Shown: positions 39,859 to 49,247, numbered from the stretch's first letter. The stretch: DNA of 64,000 nt from an uncultured Pseudomonadales bacterium (GCA_964620965.1 CAZUHV010000003.1:12777-76776); one strand, 5' to 3'. The notes: a model not told the origin generated them from the sequence alone. Numbers and translations: made by a program.

Positions 39859-40046
39859 AGTTTTTTAACGACCTCAACAATAACTGCAGAAAATATAGAA
39901 ATGAGGGATAAACTTAACAATGTATTTTCACCTATAAAAGAGGTAATTGGATCAAATGCTTTTGGAATAACTCTAGAGTTATAGAGCTTTTTTTGCAGTA
40001 CTGCTTCTTGTTGTAATTTTTTTAAAAAATCATCATTCATACTCAA
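39855..40046 (-). CDS. Small membrane protein, possible anti-sigma factor
   Basis: 63 aa with a C-terminal TM, 3 nt downstream of the ECF sigma gene. Confidence 0.55.
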   Translation of the reverse strand: MSMNDDFLKKLQQEAVLQKKLYNSRVIPKAFDPITSFIGENTLLSLSLISIFSAVIVEVVKKL

Positions 40047-40049
40047 AAC

Positions 40050-40574
40050 TTAAATTACTAACCATAGTTCCTTAAATTCTTTGCGAGCCCTAAAAAGATC
40101 TGACTCTATAGATTTGCTACTCTTCCCTAATTCTTTTGCAATGACAGCAACTTTCTTTTCATCTGCATATTTCAAAAGTAGTAATTCACTATAGTCTGCT
40201 CGCATATGTGAAAGCACTTGTCTCACCTTTTGAGAAACTTCATCACTATCAGAGATTTGATTTATCGGAATTAACTCAGAGAGCGGAATTGTTTTTAATG
40301 CTTTTTTTGCGTACTTCTTCCTAAAGTAATCTGATATCTCATGCCGAGCAATAGAGTTCATCCAAGTCCAAATACTTGATTTTCCCAAAAAAAGTGGCAA
40401 ATGCTTAAGACAATTTAAAAATGTCTGTTGAGTAATTTCTTCAGCATCTTTTTTATTAGAAACCTTGACCTCAACAATTCGTAGTAACCTAATAAAATAA
40501 AGGTCAAACCAAGTTTTAACCGCAGATTCATCACCAGTTTTTAGCTGAGCTATAAGTTCTGTATCTTCTATCAT
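40050..40574 (-). CDS. ECF-type RNA polymerase sigma factor
   Basis: GDESA, DAEEITQQTF, F.GKSS..TW..SIARH...D..RK, region 4 IAKELGKS.KSIES.LFRAR. Confidence 0.92.
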   Translation of the reverse strand: MIEDTELIAQLKTGDESAVKTWFDLYFIRLLRIVEVKVSNKKDAEEITQQTFLNCLKHLPLFLGKSSIWTWMNSIARHEISDYFRKKYAKKALKTIPLSELIPINQISDSDEVSQKVRQVLSHMRADYSELLLLKYADEKKVAVIAKELGKSSKSIESDLFRARKEFKELWLVI

Positions 40575-40672
40575 TGATAGTTATTCTACATCAAAATTGA
40601 ATAAATATTCATCTTCCAGATCAAAGGCGATACTTTTCATCAAGTAAAGCCTGCTATATAATAGTCATATAT

Positions 40673-41047
40673 ATGTTTTTTGGAATAATACCTACAGTAT
40701 TTGCTCAAGAGGAAGTCAGCCCTTGTGGTGCTGGCAACGGAGGTATTAATCTTGGAAACTGTCTCAAACTTTCTGATAGTACTAGAGTTAGTGCTACCTA
40801 CGATACACCAGCATTTTTAGTTAATCTTATTATTAGTAACTTATTTGTTGTTGCTGGAGTAATTTTTTTCTTAATGTTAATTGTTGCAGGATTCAAGTTT
40901 ATTACTGGTGGCCAAAAAGGTGCTGAAGAAGCAAAAAATATTATAACTACTTCTCTAATCGGTTTTATTATTATGTTTGCAGCCTACTGGATTATCCAAA
41001 TTGTTGCATTGTTAACTGGTATTACAATTCCTGGAGTAAGCACCTAA
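40673..41047 (+). CDS. VirB2/TrbC-like pilin 1
   Basis: VFA|Q; TM-GFKFITGG...EAKNIIT.SLIG-TM. Confidence 0.8.
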   Translation: MFFGIIPTVFAQEEVSPCGAGNGGINLGNCLKLSDSTRVSATYDTPAFLVNLIISNLFVVAGVIFFLMLIVAGFKFITGGQKGAEEAKNIITTSLIGFIIMFAAYWIIQIVALLTGITIPGVST

Positions 41048-41048
41048 T

Positions 41049-41456
41049 ATGACATTTTTTAAAATTCCAACCGTCTACGCTCAAACTGATCCCAACGAAC
41101 TTGTCGGAGATTTGGAAATTCCTAAGGGTGTAGATCTCATAAACCAAGATGCTGGTGGAATTGGAGTAATTTTATTTATTTCAAACATGATCAAGTTTGT
41201 CATTATTCTTGGAGGAATCTGGGCATTAATTAACATTATTTTTGCTGCATTTGCATATCTTACAGGAGGTGGGAAAGCAGACTCACACACTAAAGTTAAA
41301 GATAGATTTACTATGAGTATTATCGGGCTTATCTTAATGATTGTAGCGTATACAGTCGCTGCACTGGTTGGACAAATTTTCTATGGAGATCCAAACTTTA
41401 TTTTAAACCCAACATTAGAAGCTATTGCACAACCAACACCGACCCCAACACCATAA
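41049..41456 (+). CDS. VirB2/TrbC-like pilin 2
   Basis: VYA|Q; TM-YLTGGG...KDRFTMSIIG-TM; PT tail. Confidence 0.8.
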   Translation: MTFFKIPTVYAQTDPNELVGDLEIPKGVDLINQDAGGIGVILFISNMIKFVIILGGIWALINIIFAAFAYLTGGGKADSHTKVKDRFTMSIIGLILMIVAYTVAALVGQIFYGDPNFILNPTLEAIAQPTPTPTP

Positions 41457-41457
41457 T

Positions 41458-42057
41458 ATGAAAGTACTACTAATAAAAACACTTAGAAACTTTATACTTA
41501 CCTTCTTTACAGGACTTCTGTTTGCAGGAGTATTTTTTTCGGCAACTCTTATTTCTCCAAAACCTACTCTTGCTGCTTGCAGATATGCAGGCCAATGTGA
41601 TGATAATAGTATTTGTAGATGCCGAGAAGATTTAAATCCAATCGCTTGTTACTACATGGTTCGGTATGGAGATCCAGAGTCTGCATTAGTTCATAGTGAC
41701 GAAGCTTGTGGTTCTGCAATTATCGGTGGGGTTGAACCACCAGATGCAGTTGCAGCAATTAACCAGCAATCTGGCGGAGATATTGGCTTAATTTTCTTTA
41801 TTTCCAGAATAATAAATTTTGCCAATATTATAGCTGGGATCTTGGTCATGATTAATTTTGTCTACTCAGGATTTCTGTATGTTACAGGGGCTGGAAATGC
41901 TTCAAATATGTCTAAAATTAACGAAAGAATGATGTGGAGTGTTGTTGGGATATTAATGATCGTTGGATCTTATACACTTGCAGCAATTTTTGGATTGGTA
42001 TTCTACGGAGACCCAACATTTGTTATCAACCCAACTTTAACAGGAGCACTTAACTAA
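41458..42057 (+). CDS. VirB2/TrbC-like pilin 3 with Cys-rich N-terminal domain
   Basis: Signal peptide, six-Cys segment, TM-YVTGAG...ERMMWSVVG-TM. Start at ATG 41458. Confidence 0.8.
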   Translation: MKVLLIKTLRNFILTFFTGLLFAGVFFSATLISPKPTLAACRYAGQCDDNSICRCREDLNPIACYYMVRYGDPESALVHSDEACGSAIIGGVEPPDAVAAINQQSGGDIGLIFFISRIINFANIIAGILVMINFVYSGFLYVTGAGNASNMSKINERMMWSVVGILMIVGSYTLAAIFGLVFYGDPTFVINPTLTGALN

Positions 42058-42087
42058 TTACTTGGTATATAATAGAAAAGAATACAT

Positions 42088-42465
42088 ATGATACTACCTA
42101 CACTTATCGCACAATTTGGGGAAGGATTTAAATCTCAATCCCCTCTTACAGACGGAGCAGAACTAGATCCAGGAAAAAACCTTGAACTTATTCTTTCTAA
42201 TGTCTTTGGATTTTTCACTATTATTGGAGGAATTTTCTTTATCGTATACTTTTTAATTGCAGCAATGGAATGGATTACCTCTGGTGGTGATTCTGGGAAA
42301 CTAACCAACGCAAGAAACAAAATGATGCAAGGAATTCTTGGTTTAGTTATTTTGGTTGCTGCATATGGAATACTTGGAATCATTGGTAGCTTAATTGGTA
42401 TCAACCTACTAACTCCTGCAGCACTTTTGGATACAATCACTCCAGGACAAGGAGGAGGAAACTAA
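42088..42465 (+). CDS. VirB2/TrbC-like pilin 4
   Basis: LIA|Q; EWITSGGD..K..ARNK..Q.ILG. Confidence 0.82.
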   Translation: MILPTLIAQFGEGFKSQSPLTDGAELDPGKNLELILSNVFGFFTIIGGIFFIVYFLIAAMEWITSGGDSGKLTNARNKMMQGILGLVILVAAYGILGIIGSLIGINLLTPAALLDTITPGQGGGN

Positions 42466-42470
42466 ACCCT

Positions 42471-42905
42471 ATGAAAATAACAAAAAAAATATCAGCTCTC
42501 GCACTATCTGCAACAACATTTTTAGCCATTACCCTCCCTGTTTTTGCACAAACCGAAGGCACCGGAATTACTAATCCTGTGATTGGAGGACTTGGAGATA
42601 ATCCAGAAACAGCTGCCACTGGAGAACTAGCAACAAACTATTTCGTAGATATTTGGAATACACTTATTAGTATAGGTGGATTGGTAGTCATTGTTATGTT
42701 CCTTTGGGGAGCTCTCGAATGGATTACCGCAGGCGGGGATTCTGGAAAAATAGAAAAAGCTCGAAACAAAATTACTCAAGCTATCATAGGTTTAGTTATT
42801 TTAGTTAGCTCATTTGTAATTCTTGGCTTTATCAGTCAAGTGTTCTTTGGAGATGAGTTCTCTATCTTGAATTTAACATTCACAAGGCCAGGAGGAACTG
42901 AATAA
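42471..42905 (+). CDS. VirB2/TrbC-like pilin 5
   Basis: VFA|Q; WGALEWITAGGDSGKIEKARNKITQAIIG. Confidence 0.82.
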   Translation: MKITKKISALALSATTFLAITLPVFAQTEGTGITNPVIGGLGDNPETAATGELATNYFVDIWNTLISIGGLVVIVMFLWGALEWITAGGDSGKIEKARNKITQAIIGLVILVSSFVILGFISQVFFGDEFSILNLTFTRPGGTE

Positions 42906-43342
42906 TGAAAAAATTACTTATAGCTTTTTTAATTGGTTTAGGTATTTTCTTTAGCTATACAACGTTGGCAAGCCACTCTTATTCACAAGTATTTGCACAA
43001 GCAGATGTCCAACTTGATTTTGGGGGCATTGCAAAAGATAAAGAAGTCATTGGCACTGCAGATTATAACCCAGCAGACGGTGGGGCTGGTTTTGGAGCTC
43101 TAATTGGAAGAATTTTAAACATCGTAATAGTAATCGCAGCACTCATGCTATTCTTAATGCTTCTTTGGGGTGGCTTTGAATGGATTACCTCTGGTGGTGA
43201 TAAAGGTAAAGTTGAAAAAGCAAGAAACAGAATCACTCAGTCAATTATTGGAATGATTGTTTTGGCGGCAACTATTGCAATTTTTGCAATACTACAAACA
43301 GCACTTGGATTTGAAGTGCTTACCTTTACTGCAGGAGCATAA
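42905..43342 (+). CDS. VirB2/TrbC-like pilin 6
   Basis: VFA|Q; WGGFEWITSGGDKGKVEKARNRITQSIIG. Confidence 0.82.
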   Translation: MKKLLIAFLIGLGIFFSYTTLASHSYSQVFAQADVQLDFGGIAKDKEVIGTADYNPADGGAGFGALIGRILNIVIVIAALMLFLMLLWGGFEWITSGGDKGKVEKARNRITQSIIGMIVLAATIAIFAILQTALGFEVLTFTAGA

Positions 43343-43385
43343 ATACTAAAACATAGCGCCTTATTTAAAATAAAAAATTACAAAC

Positions 43386-43414
43386 TTGCAGTATGTATCA
43401 AGTACAAGTATAAT
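43386..43414 (+). promoter_or_regulatory. Near-consensus sigma70 promoter of pilin 7
   Basis: TTGCAG-17 nt-TATAAT; SD-like AAAGGA at 43452-43457 before ATG 43463. Confidence 0.75.
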
Positions 43415-43462
43415 TAAATAATAAGTAGTCAGTAATAAACTGAAAAGTAATAAAGGAAACAT

Positions 43463-43840
43463 ATGAGAAACAAACTCAATGGTTTAGCACTAAGTGCAGC
43501 AGCATTTGTCACTGCAGTTCCAGCTGTGTTTGCACAAAACACAAATGTTAGTGACATCGAAACTCCAGACTTCTTCTTTACAGATGTTGGTGTTTTAATC
43601 AACAAGGCACTTAACTTCGTTATGGTTCTTGGTGCTTTATTAGTATTCATGTACCTCATCTGGGGTGGTATTGAATGGATTACCTCTGGTGGTGATAAAG
43701 GTAAGACAGAGTCTGCACGTAACAAGATTACAGCTGCAGTTCTCGGTTTGATCGTCCTCGCAGCTGCATGGGCAATCTTAGGATTAGTCCTCAAATTCTT
43801 AGGTGCAGGAGACTTGAACTCATTAATCGATCAACTTTAA
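43463..43840 (+). CDS. VirB2/TrbC-like pilin 7 (probable major pilin)
   Basis: VFA|Q; WGGIEWITSGGDKGKTESARNKITAAVLG; has its own promoter, SD and terminator. Confidence 0.85.
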   Translation: MRNKLNGLALSAAAFVTAVPAVFAQNTNVSDIETPDFFFTDVGVLINKALNFVMVLGALLVFMYLIWGGIEWITSGGDKGKTESARNKITAAVLGLIVLAAAWAILGLVLKFLGAGDLNSLIDQL

Positions 43841-43861
43841 TACAAATTAATTTTTGATTTT

Positions 43862-43890
43862 AAAAAAGCCCCTCTTTTGAGGGGCTTTTT
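43862..43890 (+). terminator. Rho-independent terminator (possibly bidirectional)
   Basis: aaaaaagcccctc-tttt-gaggggcttttt. Confidence 0.92.
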
Positions 43891-43924
43891 GGTGTAAAAA
43901 ATAATGATATAATCAACTCTAGAT

Positions 43925-44347
43925 ATGATACTAGAAAAAAAATTAAATAAACTCGAAAAACTTTTTACTGTTATAGTTGCGTATCTATACTCAACCTCTC
44001 CTGCGTTTGCACAAACTGTATCTTGGTCTGGAGTCTGTGTTGGTGGAGCTGGAAACGATGTTGCAACTATTCAAGGACTTGAATGTTTAATTGCAAATGT
44101 CTTTACAGTTATCATTACCCTTATTGGTCTAGCCGCATTTGTAATGCTTATTGTTGGCTCAGTTAGATGGCTCATGTCTGGCGGAAATTCTTCTGCTTTA
44201 GATAAAGCAAGAAGTACTATGACATACGCAATCATTGGAATTGTTGTTGCACTCAGTGCCTTTATTGTCTTAAACCTGATTTCTGGATTTACCGGAGTAG
44301 ATACTATTCAAGAATTTAGAATTCCTACTTCAGACGAAGGCTTGTAA
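43925..44347 (+). CDS. VirB2/TrbC-like pilin 8
   Basis: AFA|Q; C...VATIQGLEC; WLMSGG....KARSTMTYAIIG. Confidence 0.82.
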   Translation: MILEKKLNKLEKLFTVIVAYLYSTSPAFAQTVSWSGVCVGGAGNDVATIQGLECLIANVFTVIITLIGLAAFVMLIVGSVRWLMSGGNSSALDKARSTMTYAIIGIVVALSAFIVLNLISGFTGVDTIQEFRIPTSDEGL

Positions 44348-44405
44348 AAAAGTATTCAGTAAAAACATCCCTGAAAAAATACTCTTCACAAGGTATAATA
44401 TTGTT

Positions 44406-47400
44406 GTGCACATAAAGTTTTTAAAACTGCTAGCAACACAGTTGTCTATTTTGTTCTTCTTAGCAATGTCTCTTGTTATTCCGAAATTTGCTCTTGCGTC
44501 TGAACTAATTGGAACACATCTTGGTGAAGGAGACGTTGGTTATCAAATTAATATCATTAGAAACGTTCTTATTCCGAACGGCTTAGAACCTGGAAGCCCT
44601 GTCACTGTCATGGTTCCTGTTACCATGATTCAAGACAGCCAACTAGGAACTGTCCAAGAGTTGGCAAATGCTGTGAGTTCTGCTGGATACTTTCCAATTG
44701 TGAGAATAAATGGAGTTTGTTCAAATTTTTCTGCTGAAACAGGAAAGGGACCGGGAGAAACTGTAGATGCTGTCAGAAGCATTTTTGGTTCTCAGGCACT
44801 CATTGTTTGGGGAAACGAAATCAACAACAAAGAAAATGAGTGTAATGACTGGCAAAAATATCTTTCCGACTATATTCAAATCGAAGGCAGACCAAACGTT
44901 AGCCCTGCTGCACTAGATTATTACATGGGTAACCCCGACTTTACCGTAAGCAAGATGTTTGCAGATACTCCAGGTATGGAGGCAATTTTCAATACATCCC
45001 CACGAGCTGCGAATGCTTATGGTTGTGTTGGTTCAAATAGCGCAGACTGTGATCCTAGTTCAACCACAACTCAAGAAGTTGGATATGGATCTGTAGGAAA
45101 CCCTTTTTATTTAACTGAGTTTTCTTTGTCTCCAGGAGGGAATGCTAGTGATGCTCCAGACACAGATATTGCAAAAGTCCTAGAATTTATTGCATCTCGA
45201 GCTGGAGAAACAGGAGCTCAAAAAGTTACACCACTTGTAAGAAATGTTTGTAATAATGACAGCGCTTGGCTTATCTACATCAACGGAAAACTGTTTACAC
45301 CTCAAGGGAATGAAGTCAGTGAAAACTGTGAGGGAATTTCTGGTGGTTCTGGATATGACTTAAGTAGGTATCCCGAATATGGAGTTGATGAAACGAAATC
45401 ATACATTACTCCAATAAGAAACTTAATAGACGGAGCAAGTACTCAATACACAGTTGCAGCACTTAGAGAAGAATTAGCAAAACAAGGATATGAAGCATAT
45501 TGTGCCAGTGAAAATATCAAAATTGATCCTAAATATGACACAGAAGAACTAATCAATAGGTATTTTGAATTATACCCAGATGGAGTTCAAATACTTGAAG
45601 CTGACTCTGTTGAGACTTTAAGCACTACCAATGCTCAGTATCCCCTTTGGCGTGACGTTAGTAATAAACAATTTTTACTAACTTCCCTAGAAGAATATTT
45701 TGGATTTAAAGATATTTATCAATCAGATCCTGGAGCAAGTGTCCTTACCAGTGCTCCTATAAATTCCCTACTCTCTGAGCCTCAAATGTGTGTACAAGGC
45801 TGGAAAAATTTAGTTGCACAAGAACTCGCTTGTGAACGTTTACAAAATCCAGGAGAATGTGAGCTTTTTACCAGACCAATTCCAGGAACCAGCTATACTG
45901 TTAAAACATTATTAGATGCTCTTAAAGCATATGAACCAGGATATAGAGAAGGAATGGCAACTAAAGGTTGTACAAACCTAGTAGCTGGGGATCGTCTGTT
46001 AAACCCAAAACTATTTGAGGGACTTATTAATACTCCAACATATTTTGACAGAGCGTATAGATACGGCTTTATTGTTGCTGTTATTCATGCAAAAAGCCCA
46101 TTGACTGATTCTGGAAATATCGCAGCAAGAATCTTCAACTTTTTCACAGAAAGCACCAGAACAGAAGAACCAAGAGACGAAGTATTGGTAGCTGCATTTA
46201 AATTACCAGATATAGCAACAAACAAATTCCAAGATGAGACTAACGGTGTACAGTTTTGGGATGATCCACTCTCTTTAACAAGATTAGTTCTTTCTAATCA
46301 TGAAAGAAATGAATTGCATGCTAAAGATTTTGATAAAACAAATGCTGTACGGTCTCGTACAGAAACTGCAGCAGATTTATTTGAAAATGCAAATGACGCA
46401 AAAGTTCAAAACTCTGGTAGTAAAATCTTCTGTTCTATTTCTTCTGAAGATGGAGATGGAAACCAAGTCATCACAAAAGCAAGTACTTCATGTAGAAATA
46501 ACATGACAAAAGCACTCACTGATATTATCAATGGAAATGCACAAGGATGTGGAGACGTTGAAGCTGTCAATGTTATTAAAGATATTGCAGGACTTGATAA
46601 TCCAGAAGAAAAATATGGAAGAGTTTTTAATGGCGACAATGGTTTAGAAGTAATTCTTAATCTATTTAAAGGTGATAAAACTCATCCAGCTGCTGGAAGT
46701 GGACAACAAACCGATCCGCAACGTGCTGAAACTAATGATCCTGCAGAAAAACTCAAATCTTTATTTACCCTCTCAAAAGACACTTGGGGTTCACGCGAAG
46801 GTGGCACAACTGTAGATTTTTATGTAGTCTACCCTATGGGATTTGAGCTTAATGCAGTAGAAGATGCTATGAAGGGTGCTTTCTTTACGAAAGCGCAAAT
46901 TGCTGCTCTTGATAGTCAACAAATTGTAGATGGATTTCCACTTACCGGACAAAGCATGAGTCTTTCTGCTGGTAGTGATGGATTTGAATATATTGATCCA
47001 GAAAAAACTGCCGCTGGAGATTGTGGAACAGAACAACCTGTTGATCCAATTACAGGTCTTCCAGTTGGAACTCCAGTTCCAAAGCCGTGTACCCAAGATG
47101 TAAGTGTTACCCTTTCTCAAGAAAGTGGTGGAGTTGGAATTCTTGGTGCAAAACTTGGCTTCTGGATGAGAAAAATTCAAACTCAACTCAGTTCTAGAAC
47201 AGGTGAAGCATGGAAATACTTTTCTTCTTGCAAAACAACTGAAGAATTTATGTTAGGAAAATGTACTGGAGGTAGCTTCGCAGGTTCTGATGATAATACT
47301 GGAGATGGATCTCCGGGAACCTCTGGAGATGATCTTGTTTCTGTTGCTCAATGTAATGGAGGCCCAAGAATAACTGCAGGAGGAGATGCTGAACATGTTT

Positions 47401-47927
47401 CTACTACTGGAACTGGAGCCTGTGCAGGAAAAGAAACAAATGAGTATGTTCCAAGTATTCATAACGTTTCAAATTGGAAAAGTCCTGGTGATGCTGTAAT
47501 CGATTGTGAAGACCTCTACTCCTATGCCGATTGTACATATCCTGAGTCACTTGTTCAGAACCCTGTTAATAGTTCTGGAAAATTTGTTGAGAATGGTAAT
47601 GTCACTGCATGCCAGTATGTGGTAAACAAAGCAAAAGAACTTGGAGTTAGCCCTCGCCTAGCTCTTGCAATGTGGGGAGAAGAATCTGGGTTTAGTCACT
47701 ATAGAGTTCCAGATTTAGGGGTTATTTCACAACCAGCTCAAGACCTTGAGGCTCAAGTAACTAGCTTTGCAAACACTTTAAAGTCATACAGTAATTATAT
47801 AGACTTTTTGGAAGCTTATTCTGGTGAAGAAAGAGGAGATAACGACCCAAGTCCAAATCAATTCTGTAATAATCTGTACTTCCTAGCAAGACTAAAAGTC
47901 TTCTATGACTCTCTAGGACCTAGATAG
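44406..47927 (+). CDS. Large secreted protein; N-terminal glycoside-hydrolase-like barrel, C-terminal lysozyme-like domain
   Basis: Signal peptide; WGNEIN and FYLTEFS (clan GH-A-like acid/base and nucleophile); C-terminal AKELGVSPRLALAMWGEESGF. Confidence 0.65.
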   Translation: MHIKFLKLLATQLSILFFLAMSLVIPKFALASELIGTHLGEGDVGYQINIIRNVLIPNGLEPGSPVTVMVPVTMIQDSQLGTVQELANAVSSAGYFPIVRINGVCSNFSAETGKGPGETVDAVRSIFGSQALIVWGNEINNKENECNDWQKYLSDYIQIEGRPNVSPAALDYYMGNPDFTVSKMFADTPGMEAIFNTSPRAANAYGCVGSNSADCDPSSTTTQEVGYGSVGNPFYLTEFSLSPGGNASDAPDTDIAKVLEFIASRAGETGAQKVTPLVRNVCNNDSAWLIYINGKLFTPQGNEVSENCEGISGGSGYDLSRYPEYGVDETKSYITPIRNLIDGASTQYTVAALREELAKQGYEAYCASENIKIDPKYDTEELINRYFELYPDGVQILEADSVETLSTTNAQYPLWRDVSNKQFLLTSLEEYFGFKDIYQSDPGASVLTSAPINSLLSEPQMCVQGWKNLVAQELACERLQNPGECELFTRPIPGTSYTVKTLLDALKAYEPGYREGMATKGCTNLVAGDRLLNPKLFEGLINTPTYFDRAYRYGFIVAVIHAKSPLTDSGNIAARIFNFFTESTRTEEPRDEVLVAAFKLPDIATNKFQDETNGVQFWDDPLSLTRLVLSNHERNELHAKDFDKTNAVRSRTETAADLFENANDAKVQNSGSKIFCSISSEDGDGNQVITKASTSCRNNMTKALTDIINGNAQGCGDVEAVNVIKDIAGLDNPEEKYGRVFNGDNGLEVILNLFKGDKTHPAAGSGQQTDPQRAETNDPAEKLKSLFTLSKDTWGSREGGTTVDFYVVYPMGFELNAVEDAMKGAFFTKAQIAALDSQQIVDGFPLTGQSMSLSAGSDGFEYIDPEKTAAGDCGTEQPVDPITGLPVGTPVPKPCTQDVSVTLSQESGGVGILGAKLGFWMRKIQTQLSSRTGEAWKYFSSCKTTEEFMLGKCTGGSFAGSDDNTGDGSPGTSGDDLVSVAQCNGGPRITAGGDAEHVSTTGTGACAGKETNEYVPSIHNVSNWKSPGDAVIDCEDLYSYADCTYPESLVQNPVNSSGKFVENGNVTACQYVVNKAKELGVSPRLALAMWGEESGFSHYRVPDLGVISQPAQDLEAQVTSFANTLKSYSNYIDFLEAYSGEERGDNDPSPNQFCNNLYFLARLKVFYDSLGPR

Positions 47928-47973
47928 GTTGCACTCCTAACTTAAATTTTATTTTAGAATGGAAAATTTATCT

Positions 47974-49104
47974 TTACGTTGCAGAAGGACCTAATCCAGA
48001 AGGAACATAGTCTAAATCACCAGGTTTTGGTTGTTTTTTACCAGTAGCTGCTTGGTTACCAGCTTTTGATTGTAGCTTTTCTGTAGAGACTTTAGCTTTG
48101 TTTCTGCTACCTTTTGGCCTACCTCTACCCCTTTTTGGTTTTTGATCAAGTAGCGGTTGTTGTTTTTTCACTAATTGAGGATTTTTCTCAGGAGAATCCG
48201 TTATATCTTCTTCTGTAATTACTAAAACGTCGTCTTCTGAAATTTCACTATTTTCTGAAACAGTTGCTGTAGTTGAATTATAAATTTCTGTGTTTCCTGT
48301 TTCTAAAGCGGTCTCAGATACGTCGCTCGAAGCATCTTCATCTGAATCACTTTCAGACTGATCGTCTCTAGCAAATCTTCTTGCTCCACTTCGTAATAAA
48401 TAAGAAACTATCTCAAATGTGTCTGCTGTAGCAAGATATGATTCTAAATTATCTGTTTCTTCGTCTATTCCTGCTAATAAGTTTGTTGCAACTTCAATAT
48501 CTAATTGATAATTCAAGTTTCGCAGTAAGTCAGAAACAAACTCACTTACACATGAACTACCTAAAATATCCAATTTTAGATTTCCAAATGAAGTTTCATA
48601 TGAATTAATACTAACTAAAGCAGTGTTTTGGTACAAATTTTCATATCCATAATATAACTGATCTAATGATTCCAAATCGTCTACACCAACTAAAATCACC
48701 ATATCAGCCTCTGCTCCTGTGTAAGAAAAACTAATATTTTCCCTTGAAAGTGGAGAAACTCCCTTTTTAGGTTTAATAGTTATATGAAGTTTCTGAGCTT
48801 CCTCATCTATGGCAGAAGTTATCTTTTCTACAGCATCTGAATTATAGTCAAGGCTGATACATAAGTTTTTATGACCAATATCAGTTTTTGTTTCATCTAA
48901 ATACACAATATCTGGCTCAGCTCCATATAAACTTTCGCTAGAAAGTAACGCCACTTGTTTATTTCCAAGTTCTTGAAATGTTTTATACAAAGCCGTTGCA
49001 GCAAATAAATGATCTCGTAATGCGTCTGGGGCATAAATAATAAGAACAGAATCTGACTGGTTAAAAAGCTCTTTAAATAGTTCTATTTTGTGTTGATCAA
49101 TCAT
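47974..49104 (-). CDS. Degenerate DHH/NrnA-like protein with acidic tail and AT-hook
   Basis: DHH-family layout (ATNLLAGI..ET......TADTFE..S.L...GA) but the DxD and DHH motifs are missing; tail KPKRGRGRPKGSRNK. Confidence 0.7.
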   Translation of the reverse strand: MIDQHKIELFKELFNQSDSVLIIYAPDALRDHLFAATALYKTFQELGNKQVALLSSESLYGAEPDIVYLDETKTDIGHKNLCISLDYNSDAVEKITSAIDEEAQKLHITIKPKKGVSPLSRENISFSYTGAEADMVILVGVDDLESLDQLYYGYENLYQNTALVSINSYETSFGNLKLDILGSSCVSEFVSDLLRNLNYQLDIEVATNLLAGIDEETDNLESYLATADTFEIVSYLLRSGARRFARDDQSESDSDEDASSDVSETALETGNTEIYNSTTATVSENSEISEDDVLVITEEDITDSPEKNPQLVKKQQPLLDQKPKRGRGRPKGSRNKAKVSTEKLQSKAGNQAATGKKQPKPGDLDYVPSGLGPSAT

Positions 49105-49247
49105 AACTAAAAGAATAGGTCATATTATATACTATATAGTACAAAATATACACGTCTTACTATTTTTTTCAAGGATCTAAAAAATAAAAATACAAAATTC
49201 TTTCTGGTGTAAATCAAAAAAATCTTTGATATAATAGACTCAAGACT

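Noticed and set aside
42268-43704. Recurrent 24-34-bp repeats as a CRISPR array
   Set aside because: They lie in frame within pilin genes, are spaced by hundreds of bases, and no cas genes are present.
40673-44347. Type IV (PilA-like) pilins
   Set aside because: No class III signal (G|FTLxE); the two-TM hairpin with a central G-G-D/K-A-R loop fits VirB2/TrbC-type pilins.
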